A stretch of 54,859 nucleotides of DNA from a virus. Taxonomy: Duplodnaviria > Caudoviricetes. Below the pieces are notes generated by a model. That model worked only from the letters and a program-made list of their open reading frames with translations, was not told where the DNA came from and ran no database searches. Positions 38,195 through 46,266 of this stretch are shown one piece after another (positions within the stretch are counted from its first letter, which is position 1; each line of letters starts with the position of its first letter). The stretch covers positions 1 through 54,859 of IMG/VR virus record IMGVR_UViG_3300044971_000858. The stretch is one strand, 5' to 3'. Made by a program: the position numbers and the translations under genes.

Positions 38195-39318
38195 GGATAG
38201 TATCTGTTCATTGCTTCGATGTCGTTTCCTTTGGCATACCATCCGTCTCCGGTGTAAACATCCATAACATCTGCGAAGTATTTCTCATACATGGGTGCTA
38301 CCCGCTCTAAGGTGAAGTTCTTTCCAAATCGGTGGCAGTCGTATGGGCAGATTCGGTCGATGTTCTTAATCGCATCTACGTAGTCACCCATAGTCCGGCA
38401 GCGGAATCCTGTATAACCATGTAGGTTATTTTCGGTGAAGCTACCCCAGTCGGAGGTAATTGTTGGAGTGCCAGAGAGTAGGTTTTCGATTTGGACTCCA
38501 CCGAATGGTTCTACATACTGACTTGGCAGGAATGATGCTTTAGCCCTCGACATGAGCCTCTTTCTGGTAGGAACATCAGCGTATCCTACATAGTGAACAT
38601 GGTCTGGTAGCTTGTAACCTTCCTCTTTTTGGCCTGCGATAACCAATTTTACCCCTGCTCGGTAGGTAGCTTCAATGGCAATATCTACACCTTTCCCAGA
38701 GTATACCCTACCCAGATACAGAAAGTAATCTTCTTTCTGGCCACAGAAGTCGAAGTCTTCTTTATCGAAGTAGTTTGGGATTACCACCGCATAGTTATCT
38801 TGCTGGCATTGTCCTACTGCCTGCATTCCGCAAAACGCATGGTAGATTGCGTAGGATTCAAATACCTTCCACCTCGCCCAGTGTCCACCTGCATATCCAA
38901 TACCCGGCTCAACTGTGATTAGGTCTGGATGCGCGTCACAGATTGGACGAACGCCACTTCCCCAAAATGGGAGAATGAAGTCATTCTTCTTCTTGCGCTG
39001 CCCAATTGCCTTAATAGCGTTTCGATAGAAGGTTTGATAGGCATGGTCATTCGTATCAAACTTGAAGAATGTTTTCCTCCAGTCATGTGATCCATAGCTT
39101 TTATTGAAGTCATCGTTGGTTAGGACAGGCACGTGTTCTGTGCAGATTAAGTCTGAATCTTCGTGTCCGTAGTGGATTACTTCATGGCCGCGCTGGGTCA
39201 TCATCTTCCCGAACTTCACTACCTTTTGGGTATAAGCGCAGGCGTTGAACTCTTTGGAGCTAACTGTGTGAGGTAAGCCAAGGCAATGGAATCTAAATTT
39301 ATCGTTTACGATACTCAT
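38191..39318 (-). CDS. Glycosyltransferase (GT-B fold, GT4-like)
   Basis: YLGRVYSGKG, EPFGGVQIE (EX7E), GTPTI. Confidence 0.9.
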   Translation of the reverse strand: MSIVNDKFRFHCLGLPHTVSSKEFNACAYTQKVVKFGKMMTQRGHEVIHYGHEDSDLICTEHVPVLTNDDFNKSYGSHDWRKTFFKFDTNDHAYQTFYRNAIKAIGQRKKKNDFILPFWGSGVRPICDAHPDLITVEPGIGYAGGHWARWKVFESYAIYHAFCGMQAVGQCQQDNYAVVIPNYFDKEDFDFCGQKEDYFLYLGRVYSGKGVDIAIEATYRAGVKLVIAGQKEEGYKLPDHVHYVGYADVPTRKRLMSRAKASFLPSQYVEPFGGVQIENLLSGTPTITSDWGSFTENNLHGYTGFRCRTMGDYVDAIKNIDRICPYDCHRFGKNFTLERVAPMYEKYFADVMDVYTGDGWYAKGNDIEAMNRYYP

Positions 39319-39521
39319 GGTTTTTTGAACTGAATTTCATCTAACATATCTGATGGGTCTTGATCGCCATTTGCTATAGCTTCAATCCATGTCGCGGGGT
39401 TGATGGTTGCGGTGTGCGCCCATCCTTCACTTGTTAATTTTTCTCCGTGCGCTTCATCTACTGTTAAACATTTTATCTTACCTTCTTTAGCATAGATAAA
39501 AAGGAATTGTGGGATATTCAT
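39315..39521 (-). CDS. Hypothetical protein
   Basis: ATGA coupled on both sides. Confidence 0.6.
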   Translation of the reverse strand: MNIPQFLFIYAKEGKIKCLTVDEAHGEKLTSEGWAHTATINPATWIEAIANGDQDPSDMLDEIQFKKP

Positions 39522-39775
39522 AGGTCTAATAATATCTTTCTCGCCCATGCAGGCGTGTTGTCATCTACTGATATTGTCCAGTTACCATTTGCAGATTGGC
39601 TCATAGACAGAGGTTGAATAAACTTTCTTTCGTAAACTCCTTTTTTAAGTTGAACGATTACTTCGTTGGTAGTGAATCTTTCTCCACACTCACAAGCTCT
39701 TCTCCTCCTTACTCCTGCCTCTTTCTTCCTACTGTCTATTACTGATGTTGCTTTATTGCACTTAGGACAATTCAT
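39518..39775 (-). CDS. NrdR-like Zn-ribbon protein without ATP cone
   Basis: CPKC...VIDSR...RRRRACECGERFTTNE. Confidence 0.75.
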   Translation of the reverse strand: MNCPKCNKATSVIDSRKKEAGVRRRRACECGERFTTNEVIVQLKKGVYERKFIQPLSMSQSANGNWTISVDDNTPAWARKILLDL

Positions 39776-39936
39776 TTCTTTTCTTGTCCAGTAAGCGTAA
39801 ACCGCTTCATTCCGCGCTTCTTGAAGAAGTCTTCACAGGCTTTAGCAATCTGCTTGGAGTTGAGTGGATACTTCCACCCTACTCTGGCATCATCTTGGTC
39901 AACATTACCCTCTGTATCTTTGCCGTTGATCTTCAT
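39772..39936 (-). CDS. Hypothetical protein (54 aa)
   Basis: MKINGKDTEG...; ATGA overlaps; not in ORF track. Confidence 0.55.
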   Translation of the reverse strand: MKINGKDTEGNVDQDDARVGWKYPLNSKQIAKACEDFFKKRGMKRFTLTGQEKK

Positions 39937-40175
39937 TTCATTGACTTACTTCCTCGGCACTTCCACTTCTTGCGCGAGAGATTATTCGGGGAGTTAGGAT
40001 CAGATTTCCAATCGCCTTTAATTTTGGCTGAACGGGCGCAATAGGCATCACCTTTGGCCGTGCCGGGGCGAATACGATCACCACCATCTTTAGCCTTACC
40101 AGCTTGACCATACTTCACAGTCTTAGTCCTGCCAGTCTTTGGGTTCTTAACTACTTTAGTAAATCGCTTTTCCAT
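39933..40175 (-). CDS. Small basic phage protein
   Basis: YGQAG...KGDAYCARS...SRKKWKC recurrent motif. Confidence 0.7.
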   Translation of the reverse strand: MEKRFTKVVKNPKTGRTKTVKYGQAGKAKDGGDRIRPGTAKGDAYCARSAKIKGDWKSDPNSPNNLSRKKWKCRGSKSMK

Positions 40176-40330
40176 TACTTTTTCTTTGCAGTTTTTGCTG
40201 ATTGTTTGAATGCCTTTGCAGTTGGTGCGCCTTTGCTTCCAACCTTCCGCATCTTCTCGCCACTACCAGCGGCGATGCGTTTGCGTTTAGCGTTGATGTT
40301 AGCGTAGAGTCCCTTTGGTTTTTTGTTCAT
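40175..40330 (-). CDS. Small basic phage protein (51 aa)
   Basis: GLYANINAKRKRIAAGSGEKMRK..GAPTAKAF; TAATG coupling; not in ORF track. Confidence 0.7.
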   Translation of the reverse strand: MNKKPKGLYANINAKRKRIAAGSGEKMRKVGSKGAPTAKAFKQSAKTAKKK

Positions 40331-40372
40331 ATTTGTATTGCTTTGTTAAAAACGATGGCTATGATTGATTAC

Positions 40373-40915
40373 ATGAAAAATAAAAACTGCTCACACTGCG
40401 AAAAAGAATTTACTCCTCGTCGCAATTCCCAAAAATTTTGTTCTCATAGATGCGCTGCATTTGATGTTGCAAAACGTTTTAGCAAACAAAGAGGAGAGAA
40501 AAAAAGAAATGGAATAACAAAAATTTGCAAGATTTGCTCCACATCTTTTTATGTTCCTAAATATAGAATTCCTACAGCCCTTTATTGCTCTCGCAGATGC
40601 ACATCTATTGCCAATCCTGAAAATACAAAAAAAGCAAGAGATGTCAGTCCACTTATGGCAAGGGCTGGCAAGTGCGCTCCAAGAATATACAATTACATCA
40701 CCATTAATGGCGAAAGAATTAGAGAACACAGGCATATCATGCAATGTTATCTTGGAAGAAAACTTGAAACATGGGAACACGTGCATCATATAAATGGAAA
40801 CGGACTTGATAATAGAATAGAAAATCTACAAGTTTTGAGTAATTCTGAACATCAAAAATTAGAATTAAGTTTAGTTACTTCTTCTTTGGAACTCCAGAAG
40901 AGCGAAGAGCAATAG
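40373..40915 (+). CDS. HNH endonuclease with Zn-finger repeats
   Basis: CxxC...CSxxC twice; EHR...VHHING...DNRIENL. Confidence 0.85.
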   Translation: MKNKNCSHCEKEFTPRRNSQKFCSHRCAAFDVAKRFSKQRGEKKRNGITKICKICSTSFYVPKYRIPTALYCSRRCTSIANPENTKKARDVSPLMARAGKCAPRIYNYITINGERIREHRHIMQCYLGRKLETWEHVHHINGNGLDNRIENLQVLSNSEHQKLELSLVTSSLELQKSEEQ

Positions 40916-41060
40916 CCAATGCTTGTTTGCGGCTCTTAGCCATAGGTGCTTTCTTTGGGCCTTTAGGGTTCACGCCAGCCTTAAGAGTTCCACGCTTGTA
41001 TTCACCCATTGTTTTTGCCACTTTCGCGGCCTTACCTGCTTTTGTTGTTGGTTTTTTCAT
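40875..41060 (-). CDS. Small basic phage protein
   Basis: KVAKTMGEYKRGTL...SRKQALAIAL. Confidence 0.7.
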   Translation of the reverse strand: MKKPTTKAGKAAKVAKTMGEYKRGTLKAGVNPKGPKKAPMAKSRKQALAIALRSSGVPKKK

Positions 41061-41386
41061 AATGATTCCATTCCATCCCTAAGTAGTTTGAAGAACAGGT
41101 CGGCAGGGATTGTTACCTTCCAGTTCTTATTATTTTTCTTGTGAGCTACTGCCCACGCAATGCCTTTAGCATCCCGCTCGGCCTGCTCGCAAGCCTTATC
41201 TAAATTCAAGTTCTGAACGTGCTTCACTTCAAAGTGGAGTTTACCTTTCAGTTCTTCGCAGATAACATCCGGCGAGTCTTGACCTCCCGCGAATTGCTGC
41301 CCTCGTTTAGCAGTGAATCCTTGGGCGCGGAGTTCATCCCGCCATTGGCGTTCGGCTCTTGCTCCTTTAGCTCTGGAGTTTATCAT
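41057..41386 (-). CDS. Holliday junction resolvase-like PD-(D/E)XK nuclease
   Basis: NSRAKGARAER...SPDV...FEVK. Confidence 0.8.
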   Translation of the reverse strand: MINSRAKGARAERQWRDELRAQGFTAKRGQQFAGGQDSPDVICEELKGKLHFEVKHVQNLNLDKACEQAERDAKGIAWAVAHKKNNKNWKVTIPADLFFKLLRDGMESL

Positions 41387-41787
41387 TTCACGCCCTCCAT
41401 CAGTTGGTCGAGTTCGGCACGCAGTTTGGCATTTTGCTCCATCGCCTCGTCTCGCTCGCGCAAAGCTCTTGTAAGCGGAGTTCCACACGCATGGTTGGTT
41501 GCGCCTTCTAACACGCAAATGCGTTCTGCTTGGTTTTTAATTTTCTCCCGCGCATCAATGAGCTGTTGCGCGAACTTTTGATTTATGTGCGCGTTTATTT
41601 CTGCGCCTCTATTTGCATCGCGCAAATGTTTCCTCGCCTCGTCGCGCTCGCGTTCCAGTTTGCGGGCTACCTCTGCATGAACAAATGGGCCGCTTCGATC
41701 CATTTGCAGATAGCTCCCTTCAATCCGTCCATAATGACTAGACAGAGCATAGCCACGACTTGCATCCGTTTCAGGTGTGTCACTCAT
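41383..41787 (-). CDS. Coiled-coil protein (SDTPETDA...LERERDEAR type)
   Basis: Recurrent phage motif. Confidence 0.7.
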   Translation of the reverse strand: MSDTPETDASRGYALSSHYGRIEGSYLQMDRSGPFVHAEVARKLERERDEARKHLRDANRGAEINAHINQKFAQQLIDAREKIKNQAERICVLEGATNHACGTPLTRALRERDEAMEQNAKLRAELDQLMEGVK

Positions 41788-41978
41788 GGCAGCATACTAT
41801 CTACATCTTGTGGTTCTATCAATACTTTTGTTTCAGAAAAGTATTGGTTCATGATCTTGAGTCCTTCGTTGTGATAGTTCTCTGCGATACAATATCTTTC
41901 CTTGTCTTGAGCTTCCCAGATTGCGTTTGCCGCCTCCAGATACTTCAACGCTTTTCCGTATGCTTGGTCGATTGTCAT
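41784..41978 (-). CDS. Hypothetical protein
   Basis: 64 aa, coupled. Confidence 0.6.
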   Translation of the reverse strand: MTIDQAYGKALKYLEAANAIWEAQDKERYCIAENYHNEGLKIMNQYFSETKVLIEPQDVDSMLP

Positions 41979-43210
41979 TAGTATACCTCCTCAAGTCTTG
42001 AGATGTCACCACGCATGATGATTTCCGTAGAATAGTTCCTCTGACCACGGCGGTTTTTCTTGATCGTCAACCTACTCTTGTCCCCCTTGTGTTCGATATA
42101 CACAACTTGGTCAGAGTGCATTCCGATTGCCCGTGATTCGCGCAGTCTTCCTTCGTCGTTTAACTGAGAAGCTGTAAGCATGATCGAGTTATTCTTGAGC
42201 GCAGCTACCTTTAAGCGTCTTGCTATCTCGGAAATCTGGCTTTCCCTGCCTTCTGCACCATCAAATGCGATGATTTGGAGGTAATCTACCACGATAATAT
42301 CTGCCCGATTTTCCAATGTATACCGATTTATATGGCACTCTATCTCGTCAATTTCGGCTATTCCATCCACGATTTCGATGGGTAACTGGTGTAATTTCAA
42401 CAATGCGCCACTGATTGCTTGTAGTTCATTCTTGTTTGCTGTCTTGTAATCCTCTGGTTCACGCACGGGATAGCCTGCGATGTTACAAGCCATACGAGTT
42501 AGGATGTCTTTTGCTTTCATTTCGAGACTGAAGAACAAAACTGACTTTCCTTCCAAGAGATTTGCGAGTGCCGCTTGGACGAGGTAGATAGATTTTCCTC
42601 CACCTGTCTCTGATGCTACTGTCATCATCTCGCCTTTGTGCATTCCACCCTTGAGCGCACGATCTACTTTCAGTAATCCAGTAGGAAAGAAATCCTTTAC
42701 TGCTTTTCCTTCCATCTCATCAATGATTTCGATGATGAGGTCTTTGACTGGTTTTACTTTCGTCGTCCGATCTTCGGCCAAACTCATTATCGTTTCCGAT
42801 AATTCCTTCAGATTTGCTTTGCCTGTCCGTAGGTTTGGTTCCTCCTTCTCCATAAGGATCAGAACATCGCGGTATGCCTTCGTGCGGTGTAGGTGCTTCC
42901 GGTAGTCATCTGCCATGTCTTGGCAAACCTTTCCAGAAGCTACCTTCATCGTAGCGAACATTTCGTGAATTGCATCCTCGCCACCCGCTGCTTCTAACTG
43001 ACCAGTTGCCTCAAGCTCTGCAATGGCAGAAAATGGGCAGCAAGAGCCTGTCCGCTGGTGAACCCCTTGGAGTGCATTAAAAACGATTCTGTGAGCTGGT
43101 ATGGCGAAATAATCGCTATCCCATGTTTGTTGGGAAAGGATATTTCTGTCGATTGCGATGAGCGACAACACTGCCACTTCACTCTTTCGTGCTATTGGGA
43201 CTTTTTTCAT
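41978..43210 (-). CDS. dnaB: DnaB-like replicative helicase
   Basis: TGGGKS, FSLEM, VVDYLQ, ASQLN, LRES, KNRRG. Confidence 0.9.
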   Translation of the reverse strand: MKKVPIARKSEVAVLSLIAIDRNILSQQTWDSDYFAIPAHRIVFNALQGVHQRTGSCCPFSAIAELEATGQLEAAGGEDAIHEMFATMKVASGKVCQDMADDYRKHLHRTKAYRDVLILMEKEEPNLRTGKANLKELSETIMSLAEDRTTKVKPVKDLIIEIIDEMEGKAVKDFFPTGLLKVDRALKGGMHKGEMMTVASETGGGKSIYLVQAALANLLEGKSVLFFSLEMKAKDILTRMACNIAGYPVREPEDYKTANKNELQAISGALLKLHQLPIEIVDGIAEIDEIECHINRYTLENRADIIVVDYLQIIAFDGAEGRESQISEIARRLKVAALKNNSIMLTASQLNDEGRLRESRAIGMHSDQVVYIEHKGDKSRLTIKKNRRGQRNYSTEIIMRGDISRLEEVY

Positions 43211-43216
43211 GTTAGG

Positions 43217-44059
43217 TTAAAGTGTCGTTGGTTTCCAGTCTTCTTCTGGCGGTAGCTTGTCCACTACTCGGTTGATCCAGTTACTCACAAATGCGCGGCT
43301 CTTTTCGCGGCCCTTGTTTGCGAGAAGCCAGTTGTCCATCTTCCGTAGTTCAGTATCGAAATCAACTCTTGGGTTTGCTTTCCTAAGCAGGTCGATGAAC
43401 GCATCGTCGGCAAGTTTGGTTGCTCGCGGTTTTTTAGTTCGTGGGGGGGCGAGCGGCATTGGGGGGGTCGTTCCTCTGCCATCGGCAGATTTCAGTTCGG
43501 CGGTAGCTGAACCCGAAGCGTGAGCTTCATTTGGGTTAGTCGAGAATAGATTAGTTTGATTCAATTCAACTGAGGAATGCGAGGCCATTGCCGAGCTTTC
43601 CCTTGATGGTTCTATTTTCGGTTCCTTATGATGGTTCATTATAGGGAGACTAACTTTAGTTACCCCCACTACCATCTGCACTGGGTTAACCTCCCCCACA
43701 TTAACCGCAGTTACCCCCTTGAATGTTTTCAATCGGCTTGGTGAAGTAACTTGGTTAATGACATCTTGCGTTATTTCATCATCACCGATCTTATCAACAA
43801 TGATCGTGTAAAGGTTCGATGTTTGTCTTCCAGAAAAGTCTTCGCGTTCATCTCGCGTGATAACTCCAATCTGGATTAAAGCATTCAGATACTTTTTCGT
43901 GATAGGTTCTGAGATGTTTGCTTTCTCTGCAATCTTACGGATGGACGGCCAGCAACTGGCATCGTCGTTGCATGAGTCTGCTAAAGACAAAAGAACCAAC
44001 CTCGCGTTACCTTGAGTCTTACTACGCTCAAAAACCTCTGACATTATTCGGACGCTCAT
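43217..44059 (-). CDS. Replication initiator (lambda O-like, N-terminal wHTH)
   Basis: LVLLSLAD...CWPSIRKIA...SNLY; upstream of dnaB. Confidence 0.8.
   Translation of the reverse strand: MSVRIMSEVFERSKTQGNARLVLLSLADSCNDDASCWPSIRKIAEKANISEPITKKYLNALIQIGVITRDEREDFSGRQTSNLYTIIVDKIGDDEITQDVINQVTSPSRLKTFKGVTAVNVGEVNPVQMVVGVTKVSLPIMNHHKEPKIEPSRESSAMASHSSVELNQTNLFSTNPNEAHASGSATAELKSADGRGTTPPMPLAPPRTKKPRATKLADDAFIDLLRKANPRVDFDTELRKMDNWLLANKGREKSRAFVSNWINRVVDKLPPEEDWKPTTL
43651..43758. repeat. Iteron-like repeats, candidate origin
   Basis: TAAC-N4-GTTACCCCC at 43651 and 43702; degenerate copies near 43678 and 43747. Confidence 0.5.
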
Positions 44060-44337
44060 CTTGATCCTTCCTGCCAGTTTGCATCTTCATTCAATACCCA
44101 CTTTATGGCGTTATTCAGTTTTAAGAACCGAAGTCCAACCAATGTCATAAAAGCGTTGTGAGCTTGCGTCTCTGTAATGCCAATTATGTCGGCGACAGAT
44201 TTGATGTCTTTTGCGTCAAAGCCGCCATCGTAATTATCAATGACTGCGAATACTTGCTTCTTCTTATCGTCGATAATCGACAATCTGATTATTTCCTTAC
44301 GAACGAAGATGCCTCCGTTCTTTTCTAATGGGTTCAT
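44056..44337 (-). CDS. Small wHTH-like protein
   Basis: 93 aa, helix-turn-helix-like segment. Confidence 0.55.
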   Translation of the reverse strand: MNPLEKNGGIFVRKEIIRLSIIDDKKKQVFAVIDNYDGGFDAKDIKSVADIIGITETQAHNAFMTLVGLRFLKLNNAIKWVLNEDANWQEGSR

Positions 44338-44340
44338 TTT

Positions 44341-44480
44341 ATAAAAGGCGGCTGCTTGCAGTGGCAGAATAAACTGGCGAACTGACAGATGAGAGTGGTT
44401 AGACCACTACAAGCAACCATATATTTATTGTTCAATTTATTTTTATTCTTTTCCTATTTACTTCGGCTCTCACCCCGAAG
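44341..44480 (-). promoter_or_regulatory. Two-hairpin leader with complementary loops and terminator-like stem
   Basis: Loop GTGAGAG pairs with CTCTCAT in the loop of a 15-bp stem followed by TTTT. Confidence 0.55.
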
Positions 44481-44502
44481 GCACGATTTCTCGCACGACT
44501 GA

Positions 44503-44531
44503 AAACTACTATAGGTTGTGTTCGATGTCAA
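44503..44531 (-). promoter_or_regulatory. Sigma70-like promoter of replication operon
   Basis: TTGACA-N17-TAGTTT. Confidence 0.55.
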
Positions 44532-44567
44532 GCACCATTTTCGTGACGCTACGAAATTGGTTATCGG

Positions 44568-44945
44568 TTACGATAACCAGTCCATTTCAACCTGCTCAAC
44601 TTCACCTTTTGACCACTCATACATTTTGTCGTTGAGTAGTTCCCAGATTTGATCGGCATCTTCTGGAGTTTCGCACTGGAAGATGGAGCGGCGTTCACCG
44701 ATACCTTCGTTTGTTATGATAATATCTGCCTTGATGACAGTATTACTGTTATTGCCAGTTGCCGCAAGAATAGCTGTGTTGTTAGCTCTCAGTGCCATGA
44801 CGAGAATGCCGTCATCATTTTCGTAGGTAGCCATGAACGGGGTCTCCAGCGCGGCGGCTAAAGACATATTCGTAACCATGACAGTTTGCCTTACTCCAGC
44901 AAGTAATTTTTCTGCGTTGTCTTTGATTTTGTTAGTGTTATCCAT
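44568..44945 (-). CDS. Hypothetical protein
   Basis: 125 aa. Confidence 0.65.
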   Translation of the reverse strand: MDNTNKIKDNAEKLLAGVRQTVMVTNMSLAAALETPFMATYENDDGILVMALRANNTAILAATGNNSNTVIKADIIITNEGIGERRSIFQCETPEDADQIWELLNDKMYEWSKGEVEQVEMDWLS

Positions 44946-44968
44946 AAGCAACCATAGTAACAAAAAAG

Positions 44969-45000
44969 TATTGACTTGTCAATAGTTCTGGTTTATTTTT
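44969..45000. promoter_or_regulatory. Back-to-back -35 elements of divergent promoters
   Basis: TATTGACTTGTCAATA: TTGACT (+) abuts TTGACA (-). Confidence 0.5.
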
Positions 45001-45008
45001 TCTCTGAA

Positions 45009-45365
45009 ATGAAACATCCATTAGAAACTGCCTATGAAACTTGCATGAGTGCCTACGAGCAATCACGCACAGTTCGTTCTCTTGGACGCAAGACTTTCGC
45101 TAACCAACTCCGCGAGACACGGCGAGCATTGAAATTGACTGTCCGTGAACTTGGTGACAAGATCGGCGTTACTGGATCACTCATCAACCAGATCGAAGTA
45201 AACTCCAAAAGCATTTTAAAGAAAGAACAAGTAGATAAGGTCATCGAATTATGCACGTCTTCATTGAAGCCGAAGAGGGCTTATACGTTCTCAAAGTCAG
45301 TCCCTACGCAGCAGGAAGACCAACTGCCATGCACGAACGAGGAAAACCTTTCCCCGTCAAATTAG
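45009..45365 (+). CDS. XRE-family HTH regulator
   Basis: LRETRRALKLTVRELGDKIGVTGSLINQIE. Confidence 0.8.
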   Translation: MKHPLETAYETCMSAYEQSRTVRSLGRKTFANQLRETRRALKLTVRELGDKIGVTGSLINQIEVNSKSILKKEQVDKVIELCTSSLKPKRAYTFSKSVPTQQEDQLPCTNEENLSPSN

Positions 45366-45487
45366 AATACGACAATCCGATTGACGCTGCCAAAGGGTTA
45401 AAAGAGCTAACTGAATACTTTCGATGCTACGAAGAAAAACGCCACTTAAAGCCAAAACGGGGTTCAAAAAACGAGGAGGCAAGTTAA
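45251..45487 (+). CDS. Hypothetical protein overlapping both neighbours
   Basis: 78 aa. Confidence 0.5.
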   Translation: MHVFIEAEEGLYVLKVSPYAAGRPTAMHERGKPFPVKLEYDNPIDAAKGLKELTEYFRCYEEKRHLKPKRGSKNEEAS

Positions 45488-45741
45488 AAGCAGTATCAGG
45501 TTCAAGGAAGGTTAAGAATGCAGACTACGAAAAAGCTAAGGCAGAATACTTCCAAGAGAAGAACTACCAATGTGAAATATGCAACCAAGCCGCAAGCGAC
45601 CTGCATCACAAAAAAGGGAGGGGTAAATTCCTGTGTGATAAGTCCTCTTTCATGGCTCTTTGCCGTCCGTGCCACAACCGCTGCCACCAAGAAGTAGGGT
45701 GGGCAAGAGAGAATGGATACATAATTTATGACTACAAATAA
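45424..45741 (+). CDS. HNH/Zn-finger nuclease-like protein
   Basis: CEIC...DLHH...LCRPCH. Confidence 0.75.
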   Translation: MLRRKTPLKAKTGFKKRGGKLKAVSGSRKVKNADYEKAKAEYFQEKNYQCEICNQAASDLHHKKGRGKFLCDKSSFMALCRPCHNRCHQEVGWARENGYIIYDYK

Positions 45742-45955
45742 CACGTTTGAATCCCGCATCATCTGCGAGGGAACTGAAGTAACCAACACACCGGAGAAGA
45801 TTCTGTTTCGTCAGAAGTTCAATCAATGCTGGGTTAAGAAGAAAGACATCCGACTTAACGAGCAGCTTGGTTATCTTGACGGAGAGAAAGTAATCCGTAT
45901 TGTAGTTCCAGAAGAGGTAGCAAATACTTTGGAACTTGAAGGAATGTTGGATTGA
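45728..45955 (+). CDS. Hypothetical protein
   Basis: 75 aa. Confidence 0.6.
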   Translation: MTTNNTFESRIICEGTEVTNTPEKILFRQKFNQCWVKKKDIRLNEQLGYLDGEKVIRIVVPEEVANTLELEGMLD

Positions 45956-45962
45956 TTTATAT

Positions 45963-46265
45963 GGTCGGCGGGTGAGATAAAAACTATATCTGGGTTTTCC
46001 CTCGGAGTAGTTTCAATAATACCGAGTTAACCCGGCCTCCATTTTACTGGGAAGCATGGAGTCATGCAGCTAAGTTGCGAGCTTTGAAGCAACCTTGCTT
46101 GAGTGGCAAAAAGAGCCAAACGGCAATACATGGGGCCGTCACTAAAACCATGACCAAGAGTAACGCCTTGGCCCAGTATTAATTTTATATGGTCGGCGGA
46201 TGAGATGCAAGCGACAGAAACGATCACCTGTGGGCATCAATAATGCTGAGTTAACCCGGCCACCC
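45963..46265 (+). ncRNA. Array of three candidate structured RNAs (two paralogous tRNA-like elements around a multibranch element)
   Basis: Duplicated GGTCGGCGGRTGAGAT...TCAATAATRCYGAGTTAACCCGGCC; central TACTGGG/CCCAGTA element. Confidence 0.55.
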
Positions 46266-46266
46266 T

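Noticed and set aside
45963-46265. Canonical tRNA genes
   Set aside because: No TTCRA T-loop or standard anticodon arm on either strand; kept only as tRNA-like candidates
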